Shown: positions 12,316-23,181, counted from the first letter of the stretch. The stretch: 42,909 bases of DNA from Octopus sinensis (GCF_006345805.1 NW_021836867.1:1-42909), one strand, 5' to 3'. The notes: generated by a model not told the origin, from the sequence alone. Numbers and translations: made by a program.

Positions 12316-12923
12316 TTGTTTCAGTCATTTGATTGCCGCCATGTTGGGACACCATCTTGAAGGATCTTTGTCGAACAAATCTACCTCAAGACGTTTTTTT
12401 TTTAAAGAATAGTACTTATTCTATCGGAGTCTTTTTGCCGGACCGCTAATGTTACGGGGATGTAAACACGCCAACACCGGTTGTCAAGTAGTGGTAGGGG
12501 ACTAACAAACACATATACGAAAGGCTTCTTTCAGTTTCGGTCTAACTAAATCCACTTACAAGGCTTTGGTTTGCCCGACGCTATAGTAGAAGTAACTTGC
12601 CCAAAGCTCCACGCAGTGGTATTGAACCCGGCACATGTGGTTGTGAAGTAATGTTCTTACCTCTATTTCTTTACTACCCACAAGGGGCTAAATACAGAGT
12701 GGACAAACAAGGACAGACAAACGGATTAAGTCGATTATATCGACCCCAGTGCGTCACTGGTACTTATTGAATCGACCCCGAAACGATGAAAGGTAAAGTG
12801 GACCTCGGCGGAATTTGAACTCAGAACGTAACGGCAGACGAAATACGGCTACGCATTTCGCCCGGCGTGCTAACGTTTCTGCCAGCTCACCGTCTTGAAT
12901 GTTCTTACCTCACAGCTACGGCT
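12316..12923 (-). mobile_element. SINE family D (tRNA-like head, CORE-like TTGGGCAAGT segment, internal microsatellite), interrupted by SINE A
   Basis: Homologous to 16941-17097, 23306-23850 and 37640-37935. The head is split by the insert at 12664-12897. Confidence 0.75.
12664..12897 (-). mobile_element. Full-length SINE A (A1 tail) with 14-bp TSD
   Basis: AATGTTCTTACCTC occurs at 12650-12663 and 12898-12911. Confidence 0.9.
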
Positions 12924-13147
12924 GCCTATGTGTATACCATAAAACACCTTATCCGCTGCAAGAAACCAACTTAGATTTTAATGCTGATATCTTGCGCGAT
13001 ATCTTGGGAAAATGTCTTCTAATGTAACAATGGTTCTTATCCGGGATCCATATGGCCCTTGCAAGTCCATGTAAGACTTTTGAGGATCCAGGGAAGCAAA
13101 ACAGTAAATTGGGATTTCTCAGTACTTTATCATTTTGCTTTACATAA

Positions 13148-13380
13148 GGCGGCGAGCTGGCAGAAACATTAGGACCCTGGGCGAAATGCGCAGCCGTATT
13201 TCGTCTGCCGTTACGTCCTGTGTTCAAATTCCGCCGAGGTCGACTTTGCCTTTCATCCTTTCGGCGTCGATAAATTAAATACCAGTTACGCACTGGGGTC
13301 GATGTAATCGACTTAATCCGTTTGTCTGTCCTTGTTTGTCCCCTCTATGTTTGGCCCCTTGTGGGCGATAAAGAAATAAG
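13148..13380 (+). mobile_element. Full-length SINE A (A1 tail)
   Basis: Head GGCGGCGAGCTGGCAGAAAC, B box TGTTCAAATTCC, and tail GGCCCCTTGTGGGCGATAAAGAAAT. Confidence 0.9.
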
Positions 13381-13683
13381 TATCTTCCGCCGAGGTCGAA
13401 AAGGAACAAAATATAGATTCTCAGCCAAATCTATATTTTGTTTTCTTTTCATTTGTGTTGCTCGCTTACGTTCTGGCGTTTGCTGAATTTTCTTGAGAAC
13501 ATTCCTTTCTTAGTCGTAAGACCACAGCGGATCTACTTCTAGCTTAATGGATGTCCACGTAGTGTCATGCTTCTTATATGTAATATAATTTTTCTGAATC
13601 TTCAGATTTTAATATGCTAGACCACTGGTTTTAAATTGATATTAATCAAATTAATATTCAATTTTTCAACCTTATTATTTTAA

Positions 13684-13714
<31 letters not shown>

Positions 13715-13762
13715 ATATATACATCATACATACATACATAACATGCATACATATATATATAT

Positions 13763-13798
<36 letters not shown>

Positions 13799-13888
13799 AT
13801 TTTAATCCAACGGGAAAACAAAAAAACAACAACAGTGAACAATTACAGTATTATTATTAATAGGCGCTCAGGAAATAGGAAGCAGGAA

Positions 13889-13928
13889 GGTATGACGTTT
13901 CGAGCGGAGCTCTTCGTCGGAAACATAA
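13889..13928 (-). ncRNA. Variant-core Penelope-type minimal hammerhead-like motif
   Basis: The minus strand reads TTT-CCGACGA-A-GAGC-TCC-GCTC-GAAA-C-GTC-ATA. The core has U4C plus an extra A, stem III is minimal, and stem I is weak. Confidence 0.4.
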
Positions 13929-14652
13929 AGAAAGAAGAGAGAGGAAAGAAAGATCCCAAAGCGGGCAACAGGAGATGGAGAAAAAAACGACTGGTGTTTA
14001 CGAAGTCCACATGGTGAAAGGCGGAAGTTTACGATAACAAGAGCAAAGTAGGTTTTTAAAGCCAAAAGAGTGGAGACAGGGTTGGTAACGCAACAGATGT
14101 GTGTGTATGTGTGAGTGTGTGCGTGTGCGTGTGTGTATGTGTGTGTGAGGCTAGATAAAAAACACAAAATATATGTATGTGTTAGTGTGTGCGTTGTGTG
14201 TAGGCGTGTGTGGTAGGGCGAGACAGTAGTAGGCATAGCAGATAGTGGTCGGTAGTAAGAAAATGAAGGAAGGAGGAAGGGAGGGAGGGGAAGGTGGGGG
14301 GGCGTATGTAGCGTGCCAGCGTGTGTTGAGTAGTAGAGTGTGGGTGTGTGTGTCCAGGTCGTGGTAGTATTAATGGCGAGTAGATTGAGTGTGTGTAAGA
14401 GTAATGTATATATTTAAGCAATGTGTGTGTGTGAGTGGGTGTGTATATGTGTGCGCGCGTGTGTGTAACAAAAAAGGGGGGGTTAAGGAAAAAGGACTCC
14501 AGCTGACAGGGAAGATGGAAGAATGGTCCCGCGGAGACGGGCGTGGGAGAAACCAACGACAAGCGATGGCCCCAGGAACGAGCGGGAGGTCCCGTCGGGT
14601 CCAAGAGCGAATATACATACTTTATTTAAAGCAGCAGAAAATTCAACAAAAT

Positions 14653-14690
14653 CTGTTACTCTGAGTTTCTCGTTGCCGTTCATCAGACAG
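14653..14690 (-). ncRNA. Type I hammerhead ribozyme motif
   Basis: The minus strand reads CTGT-CTGATGA-ACG-GCAA-CGA-GAAA-CTC-A-GAG-TA-ACAG. It has a 4-bp stem I, an intact core, a GNRA loop II (A.A at 10.1-11.1), near-palindromic stem III ACTC-A-GAGT, and a GUA triplet. Confidence 0.6.
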
Positions 14691-14708
14691 TATATATATA
14701 TATATACG

Positions 14709-14746
<38 letters not shown>

Positions 14747-14824
14747 CTTCTTTCAGTTTCCGTCAATGAAATCCACTCACATATATATAGATAGATGGAT
14801 GATAGATAGACAGACGGATTGATT

Positions 14825-14902
<78 letters not shown>

Positions 14903-15286
14903 CGTAGAGTTAAATAAGCGCGCGCATGCGGGTACACACATATAATGATAAGCAAAATGACTCACTGAGAAGGACAGGGGTGTGATTGGGAATGTTACAC
15001 CGAGGTCGTGATAAAGTAAATGCGGTCTTTTAGATGGCGTGTCATCACAACATCTTATGTTTGGTCGCCGTGATCATGTGTACACACTGCAGCCATACAC
15101 AGGAGTAAACAAGTAGGTGTTAAAATTCAGGTTCACTTTGATATAGGTTCTCTACTTGACCCCTTTTCGTGTTTTTTTTTGTTTTTTTTTTTTTCTTTTC
15201 TGATTTTGATTTTTCGACTACGCTTCTTTAGAAACTTCTCCATTGCTATAAATTTCATACCTGTAGCACGACGATTGACAAGACTA

Positions 15287-15289
15287 ACT

Positions 15290-15322
<33 letters not shown>

Positions 15323-15770
15323 TACCACTACTACTACTGCTGCTGCTGCTACTACTACTACTACTACTACCACTACTACTACTTCTACTACTACTACAAC
15401 TACTACTACTACTACTACTACCACTACCACTACTACAACTACTACTACTACTAATACTACTACTACTACTGCTACTGCTGCTGCTACTACTACTACCACT
15501 ACTACCACTACTACTACCACTCCTCCTCCTCCTCTTGCTGCTTTTTCTTCTGCTGCTATCACTACTACTATTACTACTGCTACTACTACTACTACTACTA
15601 CTACTTCTGCTGCTACTACTACCACTACTACCACTACCACTCCTCCTCCTCCTCCTCCTCCTGCTACTGCTGCTGCTACTACTACTACTACTGCTGCCAC
15701 TACTACTACTACTACTACTATATTACTACTACTACACTGCAACACAACAACAACAATAACAACAGTTATA
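15287..15770. repeat. Cryptically simple trinucleotide tract (CTA/CTG/CCA/CCT)n
   Basis: Visible repeats that give the poly-V, poly-L and poly-Y ORFs. Confidence 0.9.
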
Positions 15771-16169
15771 CTGTGACCATTACCTGTATTAACTGACATC
15801 ACCTAAACGTCACAACACGTCACGTCTTGTTCAACGTTCTTCATTCCTGCCCCCCCCCCTTCCACTCCCTGATACTCTCGTTTTGGATGATTCGCATTTT
15901 CCTAAGGAGCACAAACGACCCTGTTTGCATGCCAACGAGTCACGGAGAAATATTATCATGTTGTTCCCATCGCAAGATATATCTGCATCAAGCGCCTTTA
16001 CACAAACAGGCACACATATGTGCGAGCGCGCATACACAGACACACACACACACAAAACATACACACATATATGTAGTCTCAAGAGTGGCTGTGTGGTAAA
16101 AAAATTTGCTTCTCAACCAAATAGCTCCAGGTTCAGTCTCACCAGCTTCAGAATAAGTACTGGGGTCGA

Positions 16170-16216
<47 letters not shown>

Positions 16217-16445
16217 TATTTATCAAAAGAAAGACAGGATGCAAAGGATTTAGCGCGGTACATATGTTTCTGGCTTATTGGACAGTTTATATTTTGATAA
16301 TATACCCTATCACCTATTCCATTAACTGCATATACAGGTACTTACAGTTATCAAGTATTTACCCTGAATTTATATATTTACATATATATATATATATATA
16401 TACACAACATATATACATACACACACACACACACCACACACACAC

Positions 16446-16483
<38 letters not shown>

Positions 16484-16897
16484 ATATATATATATATATA
16501 TATATATCACGTGATCACGTGACCAACCAGACCATCAGATGTTGCTACACATCGAACGACGCCAGCTTGTTCTGTCATGGTCAATGCAACGAGCACGCGC
16601 TACACACCTTCCTTCCAAGCATTGCTGTAAACAGCAGAAGTGAGCTAGAACATTAAGATTTAGTGCACACGCACAGCATAGATCAAGGTCAATCTGTGCC
16701 TAGCAGTTTCACTCTGCGTACATCAGCTTCGTTACTATGGCAACAGTCGTATGCTTATTGATTAGACTACGCAAGTATATATAATTTTTACCGACATCCT
16801 CACAGCGGAAAGGATCAGGACAAATACATTGTTTTTTGCAGTTTATCGCTTCATAACTACAACAATAATAAACCTTTTTACTATAGGCACGAGGCTT

Positions 16898-16940
<43 letters not shown>

Positions 16941-16943
<3 letters not shown>

Positions 16944-17097
16944 GACGAGCTTCTTTCAGTTTCCGTCAACCAGATCCACTCAGAAGGCTTTGGTTGGCCC
17001 GATGCTATAGTAGAAATCACTTGCCCATGGTGCCAGGCAGTGAGACTGAACTCGGAACCATGTAGCTGGTAAGCAAGCTACTTACCACACAGCCACT
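16941..17097 (-). mobile_element. SINE family D 5' half
   Basis: The rc reads AGTGGCTGTGTGGTAAGTAGCTTGC...TTCAGTCTCACTGCC...ATGGGCAAGTGATTTCTACTATAGC...GAAAGAAGCTCGTCGTA. Confidence 0.75.
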
Positions 17098-17749
17098 CTT
17101 TAAAATATAATTAAGGGCACAAATGGCAAAGTGTAAACTTTTTGTCCTTTATCTATATGAAAATCTGAGGAATAAAATTCGTATATACCTTGAGATATAT
17201 TCGAATGTGTAACAAGAAAACAATAAAAATTATTTAAAAAATTGTGCTTCTCCATGTATTCAGGTATGTTTCTGCAATTTTTTGTTAAATAAATAAATAA
17301 GGCGAAAGAAATATATACAAGAGTAGAAAAAAAAGAACAAAAAAATCAGTGTTTTTATTCATTTTTAATACGTTCTAGCGAATGCGAATGGAAATATATG
17401 CTCGGTGGTGCATTTCGCCACGAGCGATCAGAAACACACGTTCAGATCTGCCAGAAAATATTAAGAATGAATAGATGTATCACTGTTTGGATTCTGTTGT
17501 GCATGCACCCCACGATCGCTATTAATATTTTTATTAAACGAAACAAAATAACCAGTAGGTTTTCGACCAATGAAATTAAACATTAAAAAAAATCATATAC
17601 TCATTATACATACACAGACATCATACACGCATGCATACAAATATATATATATATATATATAAACATACATGCATGCATACGTGCATGCATGCTTGTATGT
17701 GTGTGTATATGTATATATATTTTCTCTCCTCTTTTTCTCTCCTTGTTTC

Positions 17750-17930
17750 TCTCCTTGGTTTTTTCTCTCTTTTTTTTCTTCTCCTTCTTTCTTTCTGTGT
17801 CCCTTTCTGTAGAAGAGCGTAGGCTCGAAACGTAAAAGACTTTTTCAATTACTGAGCGTTATACTAATACATCCGTTTGTTGTTTACACCGCCCGTCTTC
17901 GTCTTTTGTTTTTTTCGTGAGCTCTCTACA
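17750..17930 (+). mobile_element. Solo 3'-terminal fragment of the Penelope-like family at 35558-36860
   Basis: 17803-17915 aligns with the rc of 35570-35690 (GAGCGTAGGCTCGAAACGTAAAAGACTT...CTAATACATC.GTTTGT.GTTTACAC). Confidence 0.7.
17799..17840 (+). ncRNA. Variant-core Penelope-type minimal hammerhead-like motif
   Basis: CTTT-CTGTAGA-A-GAGC-GTAG-GCTC-GAAA-C-GTA-AAAG, with 4-bp stems I and II and a core carrying A6U plus an extra A. Confidence 0.4.
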
Positions 17931-18339
17931 TACAAACATACATACATACATACATACGTGTATGCATGCATGTGTGTATGTGTGTATATATATATATATA
18001 TATGCATGCATACATACATGCAAACATATTTACACATACACACACGCATGCACATATGATTACCCATACAGACATATTTACATATATATATATTGGGGAA
18101 AAGAGTAGCACCTGGAGGAAAAAATACTCATTATGTAAAGTATATAGTGCGAATTATATGTATTCATTATTAGATAAATTTAAGGCAGAGAGATGGGAGA
18201 ATCGTTTACACGTCGGGCGAATGCTCGGCTGCATTTCGCCTATGATTATATTCTGAGTTCAAATATCATCGAAGTCGATTTTGCCTTTCCTGCCAACGCA
18301 CGTAACTCTCGGACTTAGAGTCACTCTGTTGTTTCTGCT

Positions 18340-18752
18340 AAATATTAACTAGACACACACACACACGTGTGTGTGTGTGCGTGTGCGTGTGTGTTCCACC
18401 ACCGCCTGACAAAACGATGCTGGTGTGTTTACGTCCCCATATCCTAGCGGTCCGGCAAAACAGACCAGCTTTAAAAAAGTAAGTTCCGGGATCAAATCAT
18501 TTAAACAAAAATATTAACAACTACGCACACAAAGACACACAACACACACACACAAACACACATACATGTATGTGTGTGTGTGGTCTGCGTTTGTGTCCCA
18601 CCACCACCTGACAAAACGATGCTGGTGGTGTGTTTACGTCCCCATATCCTAGCGGTCCGGCAAAACAGACCAGCTTTAAAAAAGTAAGTTCCGGGATCAA
18701 ATCATTTAAACAAAAATATTAACAACTACGCACACACAGACACACACAACAC

Positions 18753-18788
<36 letters not shown>

Positions 18789-18957
18789 TGTATGTGTGTG
18801 GGGTCTGCGTTTGTGTCCCACCACCGCCTGACAAAAAACGATGCTGGTGTGTTTACGTCCCCATATCCTAGCGGTCCGGCAAAACAGACCAGCTTTAAAA
18901 AAGTAAGTTCCGGGATCAAATCATTTAAACAAAAATATTAACAACTACGCACACACA

Positions 18958-19005
<48 letters not shown>

Positions 19006-19770
19006 TAATGTATGTGTGTGTGTGTGTCTGCGTTTGTGTCCCACCACCGCCTGACAAAACGATGCTGGTGTGTTTACGTCCCCATATCCTAGCGGTCCGG
19101 CAAAACAGACCAGCTTTAAAAAAGTAAGTTCCGGGATCAAATCATTTAAACAAAAATATTAACAACTACGCACACAACAGACACACACACCACACACACA
19201 CACATACATGTATGTGTGTGTGTGTGTCTGCGTTTGTGTCCCACCACCGCCTGACAAAACGATGCTGGTGTGTTTACGTCCCCATATCCTAGCGGTCCGG
19301 CAAAACAGACCAGCTTTAAAAAAGTAAGTTCCGGGATCAAATCATTTAAACAAAAATATTAACAACTACGCACACAACAGACACACACACCACACACACA
19401 CACATACATGTATGTGTGTGTGTGTGTCTGCGTTTGTGTCCCACCACCGCCTGACAAAACGATGCTGGTGTGTTTACGTCCCCATATCCTAGCGGTCCGG
19501 CAAAACAGACCAGCTTTAAAAAAGTAAGTTCCGGGATCAAATCATTTAAACAAAAATATTAACAACTACGCACACACAGACACACACACACACACACACA
19601 CACACACCAACACACACACACACATACATGTATGTGTGTGTGTGTGTCTGCGTTTGTGTTCCACCACCGCCTGACAAAACGATGCTGGTGTGTTTACGTC
19701 CCCATATCCTAGCGGTTCGGCAAAACAGACCAGCTTTAAAAAAGTAAGTTCCGGGATCAAATCATTTAAC
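18340..19770 (+). repeat. Tandem array of 7 x ~200-bp units derived from the SINE D internal/3' region
   Basis: A constant ~125-bp block (CCACCACCGCCTGACAAAACGATG...GGGATCAAATCATTTAA) recurs 7 times, separated by variable (CA)n/(TG)n spacers. Units 19151-19350 and 19351-19550 are identical. The last unit runs into the SINE D tail (GCCCCAGCATGGCC...GAAAC, to ~19840). Confidence 0.95.
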
Positions 19771-20218
19771 ACAAAACCTTTGAAGTCCGTGCCCCAGCAT
19801 GGCCACGGTCTAATGCCTGAAACTATTAAGATAAAAGATCCATTGTACGGTCCTAACGTTTCTAATCAGCACTTTAATTTGAGGAGTTTGTGTGAAAGAA
19901 GGATATAAAATCTAAATGTAATTCGGTTAATATTGTAACAGATACAGCATAAAAATAAAGCAACTCAACTCGGCAAACACTTCCCTGTTCAACTACTCCT
20001 CTTACAACATCTTAAGTTTCGTAAATCCAAGATGACACTCTTCGTATACTCTTTAAATTTTGTCTGTTTTGTCGCATCGGATAGCAGAGTTTTTATTTTG
20101 ACTTTGAATCAATAATCTTCTTGACCGACTAACATTAGCATTTCTATTGCTTCGTTAACCTTACTATTCTGAGATGTTTATACAAAACATTATCCACCGT
20201 ACTTTAAATGCCGATTAT

Positions 20219-20252
<34 letters not shown>

Positions 20253-20258
20253 TATTAC

Positions 20259-20299
<41 letters not shown>

Positions 20300-20692
20300 T
20301 TCTACTGGAAGCGCAAGGCCTCAAATTTTGGAGAAGGGATATAAGTCGATAACATCGACCCCAATTCGTAACTGGTACTGAATTTATCGATCCCGAAAGG
20401 ATGAAAGGCAAAGTCGACCTCGGCGGAATTAGAACTCAGAACGTTGCAACGGGCGAAATACCTATTTCTTTACTACCCACAAGGGGCTCAAGACAGAGGA
20501 GACAAACAAGAACAGACAAAAGGATTAAGTCGATTATATCGACCCCAGTGCGTAACTGGTACTTAATTTATCGACCCCGAAAGGTTGAAAGGCAAAGTCG
20601 ACCTCGGCGGAATTTGAGCTCAGAACGTAACGGCAGACGAAATACGACTACGCATTTCGCCCGGCGTGCTAACGTTTCTGCCAGCTCGCCGC
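20300..20692 (-). mobile_element. SINE A2 copy (20300-20461) interrupted by full-length SINE A1 (20463-20692)
   Basis: Two successive bodies with different tails. The A1 tail begins right after CGAAATAC of the A2 body. Confidence 0.8.
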
Positions 20693-20724
20693 AATAATAA
20701 TAATAATATAATAATAATAATGAT

Positions 20725-20759
<35 letters not shown>

Positions 20760-20826
20760 TATTAATAATAATAATAATAATAATAATAATGATATTAATA
20801 ATAATAATAATAATAATAATAATGAT

Positions 20827-20864
<38 letters not shown>

Positions 20865-20865
20865 T

Positions 20866-20898
<33 letters not shown>
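20693..20898. repeat. (AAT)n with periodic GATATT interruptions
   Basis: Five (AAT)n-GATATT blocks. Confidence 0.9.
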
Positions 20899-21110
20899 CC
20901 TTTCTACTATAGGCACAAGGCATGGAATTTTGGGGGAAAGGGCGAGTCGATTACATCGATCCCAGTCTTTCACTGGCGTTTATTTCATCGACCCCGAAGG
21001 GATGAAAAGCAAAGTCGTCCTCGGTGGAACTTGAACTCAGAACGGCAAAACGGACGATATCCTGCTAAGCATTATGCTTAGCGCCCTAATAATTCTGCCA
21101 AATTGCCGCC
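20899..21110 (-). mobile_element. SINE A2 copy, diverged
   Basis: A2 tail TTTCTACTATAGGCACAAGGC...AATTTTGGGGGAAAGGG, followed by the family A body and head. Confidence 0.75.
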
Positions 21111-21356
21111 TTACACATACCAGATATTGGTTTCAAATTTTGGCGAAATTTTATTCAGAACGTAAAGACAGACAAAATGCATTTTGTCCGAAATGCATTT
21201 TGTCACGATTCAGCCAGTACGTCGTCTTAATAATCCTTTTTATTATCAGACATAAAACCTGAAATTTCGGAGAGTGGAGAGCCCTAGTACTTATTTCATC
21301 GATCCGTTGACAAACAACGGCAGTACTTTTATTCAACTGAATACACGTCATTGATT

Positions 21357-21527
21357 GGTTGAAACTAGCGAAATACGACAACTTTAACACGAAATAACTT
21401 TGAAAATATAAAATTTTCTCAACAACACTAAGAGTAAAAGATATTTTATATGACACATTCTACCAGTGTCCGAAGTTTGAAAGTGTTTGGTTACAAAAAA
21501 TTAATTTCTCGATCTACCGTTCAAAGA
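21357..21527. mobile_element. DNA-transposon/MITE-like fragment, inverted homologue of 32553-32722
   Basis: ~170 bp colinear with the rc of 32553-32722 (ends ...CTACCGTTCAAAG / CTTTGAACGGCAG...). Confidence 0.65.
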
Positions 21528-21794
21528 TGAGAATGACGAAACTGATGTCTTTAGGAATTTTTCCATTTTGCTTTTGTTTTGATTTTTTTTTTCTCATTTT
21601 CGTTTCTTTATATTAGTTCAAATCCTACCATGGCCACTACTTGAGTGGTAGGTTTAATCTCCCACTCAGTTTAACAGCATCACCATCTGGCACCCTGGGT
21701 GTCTTTAGCGAAGACTTCTGTATTGCAAACATTTGGGCTAGGTTACGGTTTGAAGATACCTTCCTCATTCCTTCCCATTAAGCCCATAAAGGAG

Positions 21795-21870
21795 CTCGGA
21801 CACAGCTTCCCTCATTGAGTGTAAGATAAGGGCTTGGACACAGCTTTCCTCATTGAGTACAAGATAAAAA
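21795..21870 (+). repeat. 38-bp direct tandem duplication
   Basis: CT(C/T)GGACACAGCTT(C/T)CCTCATTGAGT(GT/AC)AAGATAA occurs twice. Confidence 0.8.
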
Positions 21871-21913
21871 GAAAACAAGTCAACGAAAATTATATTTATA
21901 GATGAGCTGGAAA

Positions 21914-22381
21914 GCGGCGAGCTGGCAGACACGTTAGCACGCCGGGCGAAATGCTTAGCGGTATTTCGTTTGTCGTTACGTTCTGAGTTCAAATTCCGCC
22001 GAGGTCGACTTTGCCTTTCATCCTTTTGGAGTCGATAAATTAAGTACCAGTTTCGCACTGGGGTCGGTGTAATCGACTTAATCCGTTTGTCTGTCCTTGT
22101 TTGTCCCCTCTGTGTTTAGCCCCTTGTGGGTAGTAAAGAAATAGGTTATTTGGCGGCGAGCTGGCAGAAACGTTAGCACGCCGGGCGAAATGCTTAACGG
22201 TATTTCGTCTGCCGTCACGTTCTGAGTTCAAATTCCGCCGAGGTCGACTTTACCTTTCATCCTTTCGGGGTCGATAAATTAAGTACCAGTTACGCACTGG
22301 GTCGATGTAATCGACTTAATACCTATGTCTGTCCTTGTTTTTCCCCTCTATCTTTAGCCCTTTGTGGGTAATAAAGAAATA
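21914..22381 (+). mobile_element. Two head-to-tail full-length SINE A1 copies (21914-22143, 22152-22381)
   Basis: Each has a head, B box GAGTTCAAATTCC, body and ...GTGGGTA(G/A)TAAAGAAATAG tail. Confidence 0.9.
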
Positions 22382-22464
22382 GATATTGTAGTTATTTATA
22401 TTAATTTATTCTTAATTGCTGGTCTGTTGCCTAAGTAAAAACCTTTAATTCTCAATTCGCAGAT

Positions 22465-22790
22465 AAGGCACCTAGCTTGGAGATCAGGGTGTTTCCCCTG
22501 GTCAAGCCGCTACATCTCCACATTGATAGATCGCAGCTCAGGTTCTACGGTCAAGTGGTTAGGGTGTCGTAGGAGAGGATCGCAAGATAGATTCAAGCCG
22601 AACCAACCGGCAGGAACCTTCTGGTAGATCGGTAGACTACGAGCGAGGTAGTTGAAAAATATCCATTCTCTTCGTTGATCACGCTCGGGAATCCAGCAAG
22701 AGAGCTTTCATGACTGTTGCATTAAGTAGGATACTATGGAGGTTGTGTCCGAGGGCTCTTACCCTCCCGCAAAACTCTCACAAGAATAGT
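22465..22790 (+). mobile_element. Degenerate 3' fragment of an RTE-clade LINE (ORF C-terminus)
   Basis: The frame from 22498 reads LVKPLHLHIDRSQLRFYGQVVRVS*ERIAR*IQAEPTGR. This resembles the RTE (Rex3/Expander-type) C-terminal motif LHIERSQLRW.GH..RM...R....PTGRRPRGRP, recalled from family knowledge. It has in-frame stops. Confidence 0.75.
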
Positions 22791-22884
22791 GGGGGAAGGG
22801 CAGAAATGGATGGTGGGATGAATTCATTGCAAAACAATAAACCCCTCAAAATTTCGAAGTAACGGATAAAGTACAAGCACTTAA

Positions 22885-23016
22885 GGCGGCCAGCTGGCAG
22901 AAACGTTAGCGCACCGGGCGAAATGCTTAGCGGTATTTCGTCTGTCGCTACGTTCTGAGTTCAAATTCCGCCGAGGTCGACTTTGCCTTTCATCATTTCG
23001 GGGTCGATAAATTAAG
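22885..23016 (+). mobile_element. SINE A 5' part (3'-truncated)
   Basis: GGCGGCCAGCTGGCAGAAACGTTAGC...GTCGATAAATTAAGT. Confidence 0.85.
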
Positions 23017-23181
23017 TGTGCGCGCGCGCATGTGTTGAATAAAATATGTATGTGAGTCAGTCAATAAGTTAACTTTTTGAAAATAAAAATAAATCAATGG
23101 GATCCGACATAAAAAAAAGGGAAAAAAGATACGATGAAGTTGTCGTTTACGAATTTTAAGCATGGCGAATATTAATTATTG

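Noticed and set aside
14483-14620. Possible PLE endonuclease C-terminus in the GC-richer block
   Set aside because: No frame gives a convincing match to the LIF.L....P.GLN motif, so it is left unassigned.
18340-19770. CRISPR-like repeat/spacer appearance and the repeated MIPELTFLKLVCFAG ORFs
   Set aside because: The context is eukaryotic, the repeats are ~125 bp and SINE-derived, the spacers are microsatellites, and there are no cas genes. The ORFs are incidental antisense frames of the unit.
21650-21795. GC-balanced segment possibly from a LINE
   Set aside because: No recognisable motif in any frame I translated.
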